From Nitrospirota bacterium (lineage in GTDB: Bacteria > Nitrospirota > UBA9217), in the NCBI GenBank assembly GCA_963741205.1, contig CAVUHW010000015.1:137897-201896 (forward strand): DNA of 64,000 nt. The letters are read 5' to 3'. The position numbers were made by a program, and so were the translations under genes. The notes under the pieces are model-generated. The model had not been told where the DNA came from, searched no databases, and saw only the letters and a list, made by a program, of their open reading frames with translations. This document shows, in pieces, positions 45,538 through 55,849 of this stretch; positions within the stretch are counted from its first letter, which is position 1; every line of letters starts with the position of its first letter.

Positions 45538-46617
45538 ATGCGAATCGGTGTCCTTTCGGGCGGAGGCGACGCGCCCGGTCTTAACGCGGTCATCAGGGCG
45601 GTGGTCAAGACAGCGGTCTACAAGTACGGCTGGGAGGTGACGGGAATCATCGACGGGTTCGAGGGGCTTCTTACTCCCACGAAGACCCGTCAACTGACAT
45701 CGTGGAACACCCGCGGGATCCTTTCTGTCGGCGGCACCATTCTCGGGACCACGAACCGCGGCAATCCTTTTGCCCACAAAACCGTGGTGGGAGGCAAGGA
45801 GGTCGTCGAGGACATGTCGTCCGAGGTTTTAGACAATATCAGGGAACTGGGCCTCGACGTCCTCGTCGTGATCGGCGGAGACGGCTCGCTCAAGATCGGG
45901 TACGGACTCCATAAGCTGGGCATTCCCATGATCGGCGTTCCGAAGACCATCGACAACGATCTCATGGCAACCTATGTGACATTCGGATTCCAAACCGCTG
46001 TTGACACCGCGACCGAGGCCCTCGACAAACTCCACACGACGGCGGAGAGCCATCAGCGGGTCATCGTTCTTGAAGTGATGGGGAGATATGCGGGCTGGAT
46101 CGCCCTCGAAGCCGGCATGGCGGGAAGCGCCGATGTCATCCTGATTCCCGAGATACCTTTCGACATGGATAAGGTGGCGGAGAGGCTGCGCGAACGAAAA
46201 AAGGCGGGCAGCAAGTCCAGCATCGTCGTGGTGGCCGAGGGGGCGAAACCCGCGGGCGGAGAGATGTCGGTCAAGGAATGCGCCACGGATGGCTACGTGC
46301 TCAGGCTCGGCGGCATGGGCGAGATCGTGGCGAACGAGATCAGCAAACGCACAAGCTTCGAGACGCGCGTGACCGTGCTCGGCCACGTGCAGCGGGGAGG
46401 CAGCCCCTGTCCCTTCGACCGTCTTCTGGCTACGCGGTATGGGGCCGCCGCGGTCGAACTCATTGCGCAAAAGAAATACGGCGAGATGGTTTCCTATCAG
46501 CCCCCGGTCATAACATCAGTGCCTCTCGAAAAGGCGATCAGCAGCCTCAAACTCGTCGAGCCCGACAGCGAGTACGTGAACATCGCCGAGGGCATGGGAG
46601 TCAGTTTCGGCAGATGA
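45538..46617 (+). CDS. pfkA: 6-phosphofructokinase, probably ATP-dependent
   Basis: GGDAPG, GGDG, PKTIDND, EVMGR, LGHVQRGG. Confidence 0.9.
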   Translation: MRIGVLSGGGDAPGLNAVIRAVVKTAVYKYGWEVTGIIDGFEGLLTPTKTRQLTSWNTRGILSVGGTILGTTNRGNPFAHKTVVGGKEVVEDMSSEVLDNIRELGLDVLVVIGGDGSLKIGYGLHKLGIPMIGVPKTIDNDLMATYVTFGFQTAVDTATEALDKLHTTAESHQRVIVLEVMGRYAGWIALEAGMAGSADVILIPEIPFDMDKVAERLRERKKAGSKSSIVVVAEGAKPAGGEMSVKECATDGYVLRLGGMGEIVANEISKRTSFETRVTVLGHVQRGGSPCPFDRLLATRYGAAAVELIAQKKYGEMVSYQPPVITSVPLEKAISSLKLVEPDSEYVNIAEGMGVSFGR

Positions 46618-47753
46618 GCCTGTTCTTTCTATTCATTTTCGTTGTCTACGGCGGCGTGCACGTCTACGCGTTCCTGCGCGCGAGGAGCGCCTTTGCCTTG
46701 GGCCCGGCTGCGGGCGCGGCGCTCGCCCTCTTCATGCTCCTCATGATCTTCGCCCTCTTCCTGATCCGGGCGCTCGAACAGCATGATTATGAAGTCTCGG
46801 CGAGGGCACTGGCGTACCTCGCCTACTTCTGGATGGCGGCCCTCTTTCTCTTTTTTTGCAGCGCCCTTGTCCTCGACCTTGCAGGCCTTATCATACGCGC
46901 CGCGGGGTGGATGACCCGTTCCGACGTCTCCGCTTATCTCGTATCCGCAAGGACGTCATTTCTCGTGAGCCTCGGTCTTTCCCTCGCCCTCTGCGCGTAC
47001 GGCTATTTTGAGGCGTTCGATATCCGGACGGAGAAGGTCAGGATCGAGACCGCAAAACTTCCCGCCGGCGTCGACAGGATCACGATCGCGCAGATATCGG
47101 ACGTCCACCTCGGCCTGATCGTAAGAGCCGAGAGGCTGGCGAAGATGCTCGACATCGTGAGGAACGCCAGGCCCGATATCTTCATCTCCACCGGGGACCT
47201 CGTCGACGCGCAGATCAATCACCTGTCCGGTCTTGCCGAACAGCTTCGCGGGATAAAAGCGAAATATGGAAATTACGCCATCACGGGAAACCACGAGTAT
47301 TACGCGGGACTTGCCAAGGCGCTGGACTTCACCAGGGAGGCGGGTTTCAGGGTGCTTCGCAACGAGGCGGTTTCTGCCGGGCCGATCACGATAGCCGGGG
47401 TGGACGACCGTACGGCGGTACTGTTTAAAATGGAAAAAGCGGTTTCCGAGAAGGAACTCCTGGAAAGTCTTCCCCGGGACAGATTTACGCTCTTTCTGAA
47501 ACACCAGCCGAGGATGGAAAAATCATCAATCGGACTGTTTGACTTGCAACTGTCCGGCCATACCCATAAGGGCCAGATATTTCCCTTCACCCTCCTGGTC
47601 CGACGTATCTTTCCGACGATCGCCGGCGACTACGACCTCGGAAATGGGTCCCGGCTTCACGTCAGCCGCGGCACCGGCACGTGGGGACCGCCCATACGCT
47701 TTCTCGCTCCGCCGGAGGTGACGGTCATCGAACTGGTGCGCACGGGCGTGTGA
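46614..47753 (+). CDS. Membrane-bound metallophosphoesterase (YkuE-like)
   Basis: SDVH, GDLVD, GNHE, LSGHTH.GQ, SRG.G.WGPP.R. Confidence 0.9.
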   Translation: MSLFFLFIFVVYGGVHVYAFLRARSAFALGPAAGAALALFMLLMIFALFLIRALEQHDYEVSARALAYLAYFWMAALFLFFCSALVLDLAGLIIRAAGWMTRSDVSAYLVSARTSFLVSLGLSLALCAYGYFEAFDIRTEKVRIETAKLPAGVDRITIAQISDVHLGLIVRAERLAKMLDIVRNARPDIFISTGDLVDAQINHLSGLAEQLRGIKAKYGNYAITGNHEYYAGLAKALDFTREAGFRVLRNEAVSAGPITIAGVDDRTAVLFKMEKAVSEKELLESLPRDRFTLFLKHQPRMEKSSIGLFDLQLSGHTHKGQIFPFTLLVRRIFPTIAGDYDLGNGSRLHVSRGTGTWGPPIRFLAPPEVTVIELVRTGV

Positions 47754-48316
47754 CGCCTTCAATGGGAGTCACCGATTGCCGCAACGGTGCGCGCCTGCGT
47801 AGGGGCCGCCGAGAACAACCTGCTGAAGTGGCTTTATTGACTACCTTCCTGGCAAGCAAATGGCGACCGACATATCTTGGATTTACAACCTTCATCGACA
47901 ATTCTGGTATTTCAAGAAGTGTAAACCATCAATATCAACATCCTGTAAGTCGCAGCCGTTTGCATTTATCGAAATTATAAGTTTCCCGCCGAATTTATTA
48001 ATCCCATAACAACAAATATCATGTTTACCGGTATCGACGTTGGCAACTGGCCTGCACGTTGATGTTTATTATTGCCGTCTCTCTCAATTACCATGGACGG
48101 TAAAGTGTTACCCAATTTCCACAGATTTTTGGTATCATTAACTGCTGGCGTGCACAAGTTTATCCGGCCAGGAAAGCCGGTTAACAATTGTTTCATGGAG
48201 AGCTTTAATAGCAGATTCCGCGATGAAGCCTGAACGAGAACCGGTTCATGAGCCTCGATCAGGCAAGAAAGATCATCGAGGTACTCGTTTCTTTTTATCA
48301 GGAGGGGTGAAAATAT

Positions 48317-48749
48317 TTGAACATTCTGCTGTGGGTTCTTCGAATCTTGCTGGCTTTGTGGAATATGATAGGTGGTATCGACATGGTCAATAATTATCAA
48401 CAATCGCCAATAGGTGGGCTTTGAACGTTTACCAAAACCTGTCTGGATGGCCCTTGGAGTGCTCCAGGTTCTGTTCGCATTAGGTTTAGTCTTGCCTGGT
48501 GTGAAGGGGTCGTTGCGCAAACTAACCCCCATTTCGGCAGCCTGTCTTGCCGTGATATCGCTATTAGGCATTGCTCTTTCGGTCGTGTTCGTTGCAGTCG
48601 GACTTCCATTCACACCGCTTGGCAGGTACTTCGGTTTCGTGCCCCCGCCATTGTCATTCTATGCGATCCTGGTCGGGCTGGTGGTTCTCTATCTCCTTGC
48701 GGTGGAGGGGAGCAAACAGTGGTTTTTTCATCGATTCGTGGAAAAATGA
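48317..48749 (+). pseudogene. Chimeric remnant: DoxX-like fragment joined to a P-type Mg2+-ATPase (MgtA-like) C-terminus
   Basis: MNILLWVLRILLA..GVLQVLFALGLVLPG..LTP then LPFTPLGRYFGFVPPP..YLLAVE..KQWFF; frameshifted, AT-rich context. Confidence 0.5.
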
Positions 48750-49041
48750 AAGGGAACATGCTTCTTCTAACCAATATTATTCAAGGTAAATTGTAACCTT
48801 CCTCCGTTTGAAGTATTCATTCTTTCAGACTTGCCCATGGCTGAAGTTCCTCGCGAGGGCGCATGGTCGCATTGCTTTATTCTCCGCGTTCAATGTATAA
48901 TGTTCAATTCCTTGAAACTCGCGTGCTCGTAGATGAAAGCCGAATAGTAAAGTTTTCGGTCATGCCTGAATATTTCCATCGGTGGCCGTGACGAGGCGAA
49001 ACGGGGAAGTGGCAAAAAGGAAGAACCAATTCGATTCTTAT

Positions 49042-49299
49042 TCAGCGGCTGCCCGAGAGGCCCCCGGGAATGACAAACCGTTCGCGGATGATCCGCCGAA
49101 ACCTCGGCGAATAAACAAGCTCAAACACGGTTTCCTTGTCCGGGAAAAGGTTCAGCACCGCCTTCTTGGTGTTCGTCAGGATCTCAAAGGCCTCCCGCAG
49201 CGTCAGATCAGACTGCTGCATGAGGACCGCCTGGTTTACATCAACAATAAACCGCAACATCCGCATTCTTTTTTCTTCTTCCTTCAGCGCTTCGCTCAT
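49042..49299 (-). CDS. Hypothetical helical protein (85 aa)
   Basis: EEKRMRMLRFIVD...LFPDKETVFELVYSPRFRR; G-rich SD. Confidence 0.7.
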   Translation of the reverse strand: MSEALKEEEKRMRMLRFIVDVNQAVLMQQSDLTLREAFEILTNTKKAVLNLFPDKETVFELVYSPRFRRIIRERFVIPGGLSGSR

Positions 49300-49468
49300 G
49301 AGCCCCCCAAAGGTAAACGCGTTAGAATCCTTACCGACTGTGGCTTTGTACCATAATCTATCTGGCAGCTGTCGACCTCCACAGGGGTCGGTTGCTTACT
49401 CTAACGGGGTAAACTAAAACTAAGATATGATACTGCGGTGAAGCGATTTTTTCAAGGGGGAGGGGGGC

Positions 49469-50011
49469 TTACGGCGTAGTCTTTTCGTACCGGTCGACGA
49501 CGGCCGTGTATTTCGCATGAATCATCTTTCTATCGGATTCCTCGAATTCCCGAAGCATGGCATCCTGTTCCCGTTCGGTCAAATACTCCATGGACGCCGG
49601 GAAAAAAACCTGCTCTTCTTTTCGTATATGCGCGTAGTAGAAGTCGATGAGCGTTCCGCATTCATGCACGATGGCTTTCAAGGCTTCACGGGAGCCTTGA
49701 AGATATTTGTCCCGCGCCTCGACCAGCCGGCCGACGGTCCTCCTGCCGGTATTATGGTCATCAAGCAGTTCGCGAAGCAAATCTCTATGCGCCGGGGCCA
49801 TTTGCTTTTTGGCCACATCTCTGAAAAGGATGGCCTCTTCCTTACCGTGATGGGTCTTATCCGCGTACCATCGGATGAAATCTACGGTCGCGTCTATGAA
49901 CGCCGGGTCGATCCGGTCGTTTTCTCGCGCGAGCCGCATTTCTGTCCGGACCACTTCGAGCATTTTCACAATGAGGCCGTGTTCGGTCATTAAAGGGTCT
50001 ATCGGTTGCAT
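49469..50011 (-). CDS. Hemerythrin-domain protein
   Basis: EH, HHGKEE, DH, HIRKEE metal-ligand pattern. Confidence 0.88.
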   Translation of the reverse strand: MQPIDPLMTEHGLIVKMLEVVRTEMRLARENDRIDPAFIDATVDFIRWYADKTHHGKEEAILFRDVAKKQMAPAHRDLLRELLDDHNTGRRTVGRLVEARDKYLQGSREALKAIVHECGTLIDFYYAHIRKEEQVFFPASMEYLTEREQDAMLREFEESDRKMIHAKYTAVVDRYEKTTP

Positions 50012-50030
50012 GGCGCATCTCCTTTGAGGA

Positions 50031-50516
50031 TCAGGTTCCCGGCTCGCGTTCAAAGGTCCCACTCTTCCCGCCTGTTTTTTTCATCAGACGGACGTCGGTA
50101 ATCGTCATGGACCGGTCAGCCGCTTTGCACATATCATAGATAGCGAGACCGGCCGCGGACACCGCGGTCAACGCCTCCATCTCAACGCCCGTTCTGTCTG
50201 TTGTTCTCGCAACGGCCCGAATATGCACGTACGATCCGGAAAGGTCCGGCTCAAAGGCGATTTCGACGGAGGTGAGCTCGATCGGATGGCACAGGGGGAT
50301 CAGTTCGGCGGTCTTCTTGGCTGCCATGATGCCCGCGATCCGGGCCACCGCAAAGACGTCGCCCTTCGCGACCTTCTTGTCGAGAATGAGCGAGAGTGTT
50401 TCGGGCAGCATGGTGACCCGTCCCTCGGCGACGGCCTCCCGCGGAGTTTTATCTTTTCCCGACACGTCAACCATGCGCGCGGCGCCCTGGTCGTCAAGAT
50501 GAGTGAGTTTGGACAT
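50031..50516 (-). CDS. moaC: Cyclic pyranopterin monophosphate synthase
   Basis: [37 protein letters not shown]. Confidence 0.96.
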   Translation of the reverse strand: MSKLTHLDDQGAARMVDVSGKDKTPREAVAEGRVTMLPETLSLILDKKVAKGDVFAVARIAGIMAAKKTAELIPLCHPIELTSVEIAFEPDLSGSYVHIRAVARTTDRTGVEMEALTAVSAAGLAIYDMCKAADRSMTITDVRLMKKTGGKSGTFEREPGT

Positions 50517-50524
50517 AGGATTGT

Positions 50525-50660
50525 AAATTCCAAATTCAAAAATGCAAATTCCAAATAAATTCCAAGACTCCAGATTTCGAAATCCCGAAACGTTTCGGTC
50601 ATTAGCGCTTTGAATTTGAATATTATTTCGAATTTGCTAATTCGGATGCTTGGTAATTGC
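50525..50660. repeat. 7-bp periodic inverted repeat between moaA and moaC
   Basis: AAATTCC AAATTCA AAAATGC AAATTCC ... TTGAATT TGAATATT ATTTCGA ATTTGCT. Confidence 0.7.
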
Positions 50661-50666
50661 TCTAAG

Positions 50667-51656
50667 TCATCCTCCGATCCTCGACATCGTCCTTTGGAAG
50701 CACTCTGTTCCTCTCTCCTCGATATGATGCCGCTCCGGTTTGTTTTCGAGCGCGAGTCTGAGCAGACGCTCCAGTTCACTGTCGTCGCATCCTCCGCGCA
50801 GGGACGACTTGACGTCGATCTCCGCGTCCGACAGCAGGCACGGCCGTATCTTGCCGTCCGCGGTCAGACGCAGGCGCCTGCAGGAGCCGCAGAAGTGCCT
50901 GGAGATGGGGCTGATGAACCCGATTACGCCTTGTGCGCCCGGCACCTGGAAGTTGTCCGAAGGGCCGCCGGAAGGGGATGCGGTGAAGGGGACGAGCGGG
51001 CCCAGTTCCCGCTCGATGGCGGTGCGAATCGAGTCCGACGAGACGCAGACATCCCGGCTCCAGCGGTCGTTTGCCCCGATGGGCATGAACTCGATGAAAC
51101 GGACCTGGACCCGGCGGTCGAGCGTGAGACGGGCGAAGTCGGCCACCTCGTCGTCGTTTATGCCCCGTACCGGGACCATGTTGATCTTGAGCGGGAAGAA
51201 GCCAAGCTTCTCGGCGAGGTTGATGCCGCGCCACACCGCCTCCCAGCGATCGTGACCGGTGATCTCCCGAAACCTGCGGGCCTTCAGGGAGTCGAGGCTG
51301 ATGTTGAGGCGCGGCTTGCCTGCTTTCACAAGGGCCTCGGCCATGTCCTCGAGGAGCACGCCGTTCGTCGTGAGGCTGATGTCCTCGATCCCGTCGAAAC
51401 GGCCGAGGGACGCGATGAAGTCGATGATACCCCGCCTGACCAGCGGTTCACCGCCGGTGATCCGGACGCGGGAGATGCCGAGCGGCACCGCAACGTCCAC
51501 GAGCCTCAGGATCTCCTCGTAGGTGAGGATCTCGCGGTGCGCCAGCGTCTTCATGTCCGAGCGGGGTTTGCAGTAGACGCAGGAGAGGTTGCACCGGTCA
51601 GTGACGGAAATGCGCAGATAGTCGATGAGACGGTGATGATGGTCGATAAGGGCCAT
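50667..51656 (-). CDS. moaA: GTP 3',8-cyclase
   Basis: CNLSCVYC radical SAM motif, TGGEP, FCGSCRRLR, C-terminal IGG. Confidence 0.96.
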   Translation of the reverse strand: MALIDHHHRLIDYLRISVTDRCNLSCVYCKPRSDMKTLAHREILTYEEILRLVDVAVPLGISRVRITGGEPLVRRGIIDFIASLGRFDGIEDISLTTNGVLLEDMAEALVKAGKPRLNISLDSLKARRFREITGHDRWEAVWRGINLAEKLGFFPLKINMVPVRGINDDEVADFARLTLDRRVQVRFIEFMPIGANDRWSRDVCVSSDSIRTAIERELGPLVPFTASPSGGPSDNFQVPGAQGVIGFISPISRHFCGSCRRLRLTADGKIRPCLLSDAEIDVKSSLRGGCDDSELERLLRLALENKPERHHIEERGTECFQRTMSRIGG

Positions 51657-51823
51657 GTCGAAACTCTACCACAGCAGTACCCCGTTCTTCAAGGGAAAAC
51701 CATCGGCAACTAAGGCCTTGACCCGTTATTCATTTGCCAGTATAATCATAGTGATCTTGTATTGCCGGGTAACCGCGGGACCCTATCGACCATTGTTTCC
51801 AATCGCACTGTACGAAGGACCTC

Positions 51824-52381
51824 ATGCCAAAATCGGGGAAGAGATATTTTTTAGGAAGCAGGGGCAAGGGTTACCTGCAGGCGTCTGGAATGCAGTCCCG
51901 GTTCATCATCTTTCTTATCTTTCTCCTGATAGCCTATTCGGTCCTTCTTCGGGTTTTCCAGAAGCTCGCTGAAATCGTTCAATTTCCCCTCTTTCTTCCC
52001 ATCACGCTGGTGACGCTTTTGATCTTTATCGGGATCGTCGGCATCATCTATTCCCATACCTTCGTCGGTCCCATCATCCGGATACGCAAAGCCCTGGAGC
52101 TGCTGGCCGAGGGAGAAAGGGATGTTGCCCTGCGGCTCCGTGAGGCGGACGATCCTACCCTGAAGGATCTGGTAAGAACGATCGGACGCTTGTGCGAAAA
52201 CAGCAGAGGATCCCAAGTCCTGATTCAGGAAATGGCGGATGATATCTTCAAGGATATTGCGGCTCTTCAGGAAAGTATCCAGCGGGGCGCGGAGAAATCC
52301 GAAATCCAGAAGCAGCTTGAAGACCTGCAGCGGGACCAGGAGCTTCTGGACAAGGCCATCAAATCATTCGGCAAGATCTAG
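51824..52381 (+). CDS. Two-TM HAMP-domain membrane protein
   Basis: Two TM helices, SH..VGPI.R, LR..D HAMP-like segment, coiled coil. Confidence 0.7.
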   Translation: MPKSGKRYFLGSRGKGYLQASGMQSRFIIFLIFLLIAYSVLLRVFQKLAEIVQFPLFLPITLVTLLIFIGIVGIIYSHTFVGPIIRIRKALELLAEGERDVALRLREADDPTLKDLVRTIGRLCENSRGSQVLIQEMADDIFKDIAALQESIQRGAEKSEIQKQLEDLQRDQELLDKAIKSFGKI

Positions 52382-52389
52382 GAGCTGCA

Positions 52390-52671
52390 ATGGCTGAGAG
52401 CGGGTTCAGGGGCAAGAGCATGAGGGCGGTCGCCGTCGATGTGGCTGAAGGCTACGTTTCGGTCAATCCGCTGCTCATCAAGAAATTCGACCAGGATATG
52501 GTCAAGGACCTCTACGAAAATCTGAACAAGACGCTGACGGCCACGAGGAACGAAAAGATCGTCCTGAGCGATCACACCGCGCTCCGGACGCGGAACATGA
52601 AACTCCAGCGGCTGCACAATGCTATGATCGTCCTCAGAAACATCGCGCGGGAGAAGCGCATCGCGCTGTAG
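52390..52671 (+). CDS. Hypothetical protein (93 aa)
   Basis: SD AGGAG, coupled to the upstream gene. Confidence 0.7.
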   Translation: MAESGFRGKSMRAVAVDVAEGYVSVNPLLIKKFDQDMVKDLYENLNKTLTATRNEKIVLSDHTALRTRNMKLQRLHNAMIVLRNIAREKRIAL

Positions 52672-52681
52672 CGGAACCCCG

Positions 52682-52761
52682 ACAGGGGAATGGGAGAGGG
52701 GGTGACGGGGTGACAAGGCGTTGCCTTTTCGCCGATTCTCCGTTTCCCCATTCCCCCCGTT
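52682..52761. repeat. 8-bp periodic inverted repeat between convergent genes
   Basis: AATGGGAG AGGGGGTG ACGGGGTG ... CGCCGATT CTCCGTTT CCCCATTC CCCCCGTT. Confidence 0.65.
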
Positions 52762-52770
52762 GGTTCTGCC

Positions 52771-54006
52771 TTATCCCACCGCCACGCTGAACCTCTTTTT
52801 GAAATCCTCGGGCTGCATCTTCGCTGCAGCGGCGACTTTCTTGAGCGCCTCGCCTTCCATATCTTCCTTCTCAAGCCTGATCATATACCGCCGCGCCATA
52901 TGGTAATCATCCGAGTTGATGTCAACGGTGCGGATCTTCGTCCTTCCTGTCTTGGGGTCGAGCAGGTCCGCGAACTTGATCGGCATGCAAACGCCGTCCT
53001 TGAGCATGATCATGGCGCCCGAACCGCCCGCAGTGAGGAAATTCACTGCGCTGTAGCCCAGATACCGCGTGTACTCGCGGTCAAAGGGAATAGGCGGATG
53101 GCAGCGCAACTCATAGCCGATGTCCTTGGCAATGATCGTGGTCTTAAGACCGATGGATTCGAGGTCCGCGGTCACGCGCTGCTTCAGTATATCACCGATC
53201 GGTATTTCGGCGAGGCGGATGTTGCCGTGTTCGTCCCGGGGCACGTCCTTGAGGAAAGTCAGTTCCTCGGGGTCGAACCGCGTTGCCACGCCCTCGGCAA
53301 TGACCGCAACACCGTGGTTCCTTCCGTAGGAGAGGCGCTTGATGATGGCGCCTCCGAGGACGGACACGACCTTCGTGAGCGAAATTTTGCTCCCGAACTC
53401 CTCGGGGATGAGCGTGAGCGTGGCGCCCGCGCCCATGCCCATGCCGAGCGCCAGGTGGCCGGCCGAGCGGCCCATGGCAATAATGAAGTACCAACGGCCC
53501 GCGGTGCGCGCGTCTTCCATGAGGTTTTCGACGAGCTGGGTTCCGACGGTCCGAGCTGTTTCGAAGCCGAAGGTCGGCACGCCGTGGGGGAGCGGCAGAT
53601 CATTGTCGATGGTCTTGGGCACATGGCAGACCGCGATTGTTCCGCCCGCTTCCTGTTCAAGGCGGGTCGCGGTGTAGGCCGTGTCGTCGCCGCCGATGGT
53701 AACGAGATATTTTACGCCGAGACCCGCCAGGGCCTTGATGACGTTGGCCATCTTCTCCGGGCTTTTCGTGGGATTCTCGCGCGAGGTACCGATGATCGAT
53801 CCGCCGCGCAGGTGGATGCGCGAGATCTGGTCGTTTCCCATATTGGTGGTATGGTGCGTATCGCCCTTGGATAGCCACTTGAACCCGTCATGCACGCCTA
53901 CAACATCAAGGCCCTGCTTGATCGCCTCGAACGTCACGGCGCTGATCACGCCGTTGATTCCCGGGGCCGGGCCGCCGCCGACCACAATCGCTAGTTTGTT
54001 TCCCAT
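52771..54006 (-). CDS. pfp: Pyrophosphate-dependent phosphofructokinase
   Basis: GGGPAPG, GGDD (Asp indicates PPi specificity), PKTIDND, MGR, GYELRC. Confidence 0.9.
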   Translation of the reverse strand: MGNKLAIVVGGGPAPGINGVISAVTFEAIKQGLDVVGVHDGFKWLSKGDTHHTTNMGNDQISRIHLRGGSIIGTSRENPTKSPEKMANVIKALAGLGVKYLVTIGGDDTAYTATRLEQEAGGTIAVCHVPKTIDNDLPLPHGVPTFGFETARTVGTQLVENLMEDARTAGRWYFIIAMGRSAGHLALGMGMGAGATLTLIPEEFGSKISLTKVVSVLGGAIIKRLSYGRNHGVAVIAEGVATRFDPEELTFLKDVPRDEHGNIRLAEIPIGDILKQRVTADLESIGLKTTIIAKDIGYELRCHPPIPFDREYTRYLGYSAVNFLTAGGSGAMIMLKDGVCMPIKFADLLDPKTGRTKIRTVDINSDDYHMARRYMIRLEKEDMEGEALKKVAAAAKMQPEDFKKRFSVAVG

Positions 54007-54175
54007 GACCGCCTCCTGATCATTTCATATTTTCCGAATTGCATACTCTTAGTGCTGTTAGCACGGCGCAACTCTAACAAATCAAGACGGAAATGTCAAT
54101 ACGGATCAGGGCATGTGTCAACACGAAAGGAGAAAGGTTCTGAACCTGTTGCACGAACACAGGATCGGCTCAGTT

Positions 54176-54292
54176 TGTCATTCTGAGGCGAAGCCGAAGA
54201 ATCTCATATCCAATCGCTCGGCCTATAAACTCAGTGAAGAATCTTGTTCTTTACGACCAGTTGCCGAGCCCATCGCTTCACTCATGGTGACA
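54176..54292. repeat. REP-like doublet (TGTCATTCTGAG family)
   Basis: TGTCATTCTGAGGCGAAGCCGAAGAATCTC ... GAGCCCATCGCTTCACTCATGGTGACA. Confidence 0.55.
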
Positions 54293-54385
54293 AAAAAGGT
54301 ATTAGTGCAAAGGCACTTCCGCGAAGAAAGGCTGTACTTAGGCCTGTTTTTCAAGGTTATACTTATATCAGGAAGAGATAAGCAC

Positions 54386-55636
54386 ATGGTCATGAGTCCG
54401 CCAAAAGGCCCCATCGCATCTTACCGCCGCTACTGGCTTCCCGAGCTTGTGGTTCTGGCAGGGGTAGCCCTCTGCGCGATCGTCCTGTTCGCCGTGACCG
54501 ACCTTGACATCACAACCATGCGGCCCTTCTACCATCCCGGGCAGGCCGATCCCTGGCCCGTGGCGAACCGTCCTGTCTGGTTCCAGTTTTACCGGTCTGC
54601 ACCCTGGGTGACGGCGTCGCTGGCCGTGGTGGGCGTTGCCCTGTCCATCATTGGTTCTCTTCGCGAGCGCTCGAAACGGCTTCGGCTGTACGGGCTCTTC
54701 ATTCTTCTGTGCGTAGCCGTCGGGCCCGGACTGATCATCAACGTGGTGCTGAAGGACCACTGGGGCCGCGCGCGGCCCCGGCAGATCGTCGAGTTCGGGG
54801 GGCGGCTCGAATATACGCAGCCCTTCGTCCCGACCAGTACGTACGGCAAGTCTTTTCCCTGCGGCCACTGCTCGGTGGGGTATCTCTACGCGGCCGGCTG
54901 GTGGGTGTGGAGGCGCCGCCGTCCGCGACTGGCAGTCGTTTCTCTCGCGTTTGGCCTTCTCATCGGCACTATGCTCGGAATCGGCCGCATGGCCGCGGGC
55001 GCTCACTTTTTGTCCGATGCCGTATGGTCAGCGCTCCTGGCTTACGGCATTGCCCACGTCCTCTACTACTACGCGCTCCGGATCCCGGCGCGCGAAGACG
55101 GCCATCCCGCCCTCTACCCGCTCATCCTTGGCAGCAAGCGGCTGAAAACGGCCATGATTGCCGGCTCGGTCCTCACCGGCCTTTTGATCATCGGAGGCGG
55201 CATGCTTGCGAACCCTTATTACGAAGAACTACGGCCCTGCAAGCAGCCGGCGGGCTTTCCGGCGCCGCAGGACCTGGAAGTGCTCGTGGACCAGCTCGAT
55301 GTGGAACTCGATCTGGTAACGGGCCCGAAAGGCGATATCTCATGCTCAGGCAGCATCCACGGCTTCGGCCTGCCCGGCAACGAGATCAACTCGTCGGCGG
55401 AGTTCCTGAAGGGACCCGTTCCGATCCTGCGGTATCGCGTCTCCCTTGAGGGTTGGTTCACGGACATCGACGGGGTAGTGCGTTTTCGCGTTCCGGCCCG
55501 GGACATGAAGACGATCACGGTGCGCGCCGGCCGCGGGGACATCAGTATCATAGACGAGACGGGCGGCTCCCTCGCGGCGACGGGAAGTCCCGCGCTGGAC
55601 CTTCACACGGCAAGGGGACGGGTGCAATACCGGTAA
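54386..55636 (+). CDS. PAP2-family membrane phosphatase with an extra C-terminal beta-rich domain
   Basis: K..WGRARP, SFPCGH, R...GAHF.SD motifs. Confidence 0.85.
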   Translation: MVMSPPKGPIASYRRYWLPELVVLAGVALCAIVLFAVTDLDITTMRPFYHPGQADPWPVANRPVWFQFYRSAPWVTASLAVVGVALSIIGSLRERSKRLRLYGLFILLCVAVGPGLIINVVLKDHWGRARPRQIVEFGGRLEYTQPFVPTSTYGKSFPCGHCSVGYLYAAGWWVWRRRRPRLAVVSLAFGLLIGTMLGIGRMAAGAHFLSDAVWSALLAYGIAHVLYYYALRIPAREDGHPALYPLILGSKRLKTAMIAGSVLTGLLIIGGGMLANPYYEELRPCKQPAGFPAPQDLEVLVDQLDVELDLVTGPKGDISCSGSIHGFGLPGNEINSSAEFLKGPVPILRYRVSLEGWFTDIDGVVRFRVPARDMKTITVRAGRGDISIIDETGGSLAATGSPALDLHTARGRVQYR

Positions 55637-55849
55637 ACCCGAAAACGGCAAAGTAGACCACGGATGAACACAGACGGTCACGGATACATAGAGGGGCCGG
55701 GGATTCGATATCATCGGGCCTCCGGCGGCCGGGAAAAAAGCAAAACCGGAATTTATGGTAAAGTTGATGGAGACACCTGGATCGAGTCCACGATCGCAGA
55801 TGCAGCATGACCATCGAGGGAGGAAAGCGTTGGAGAAAGGCATTTTCGG

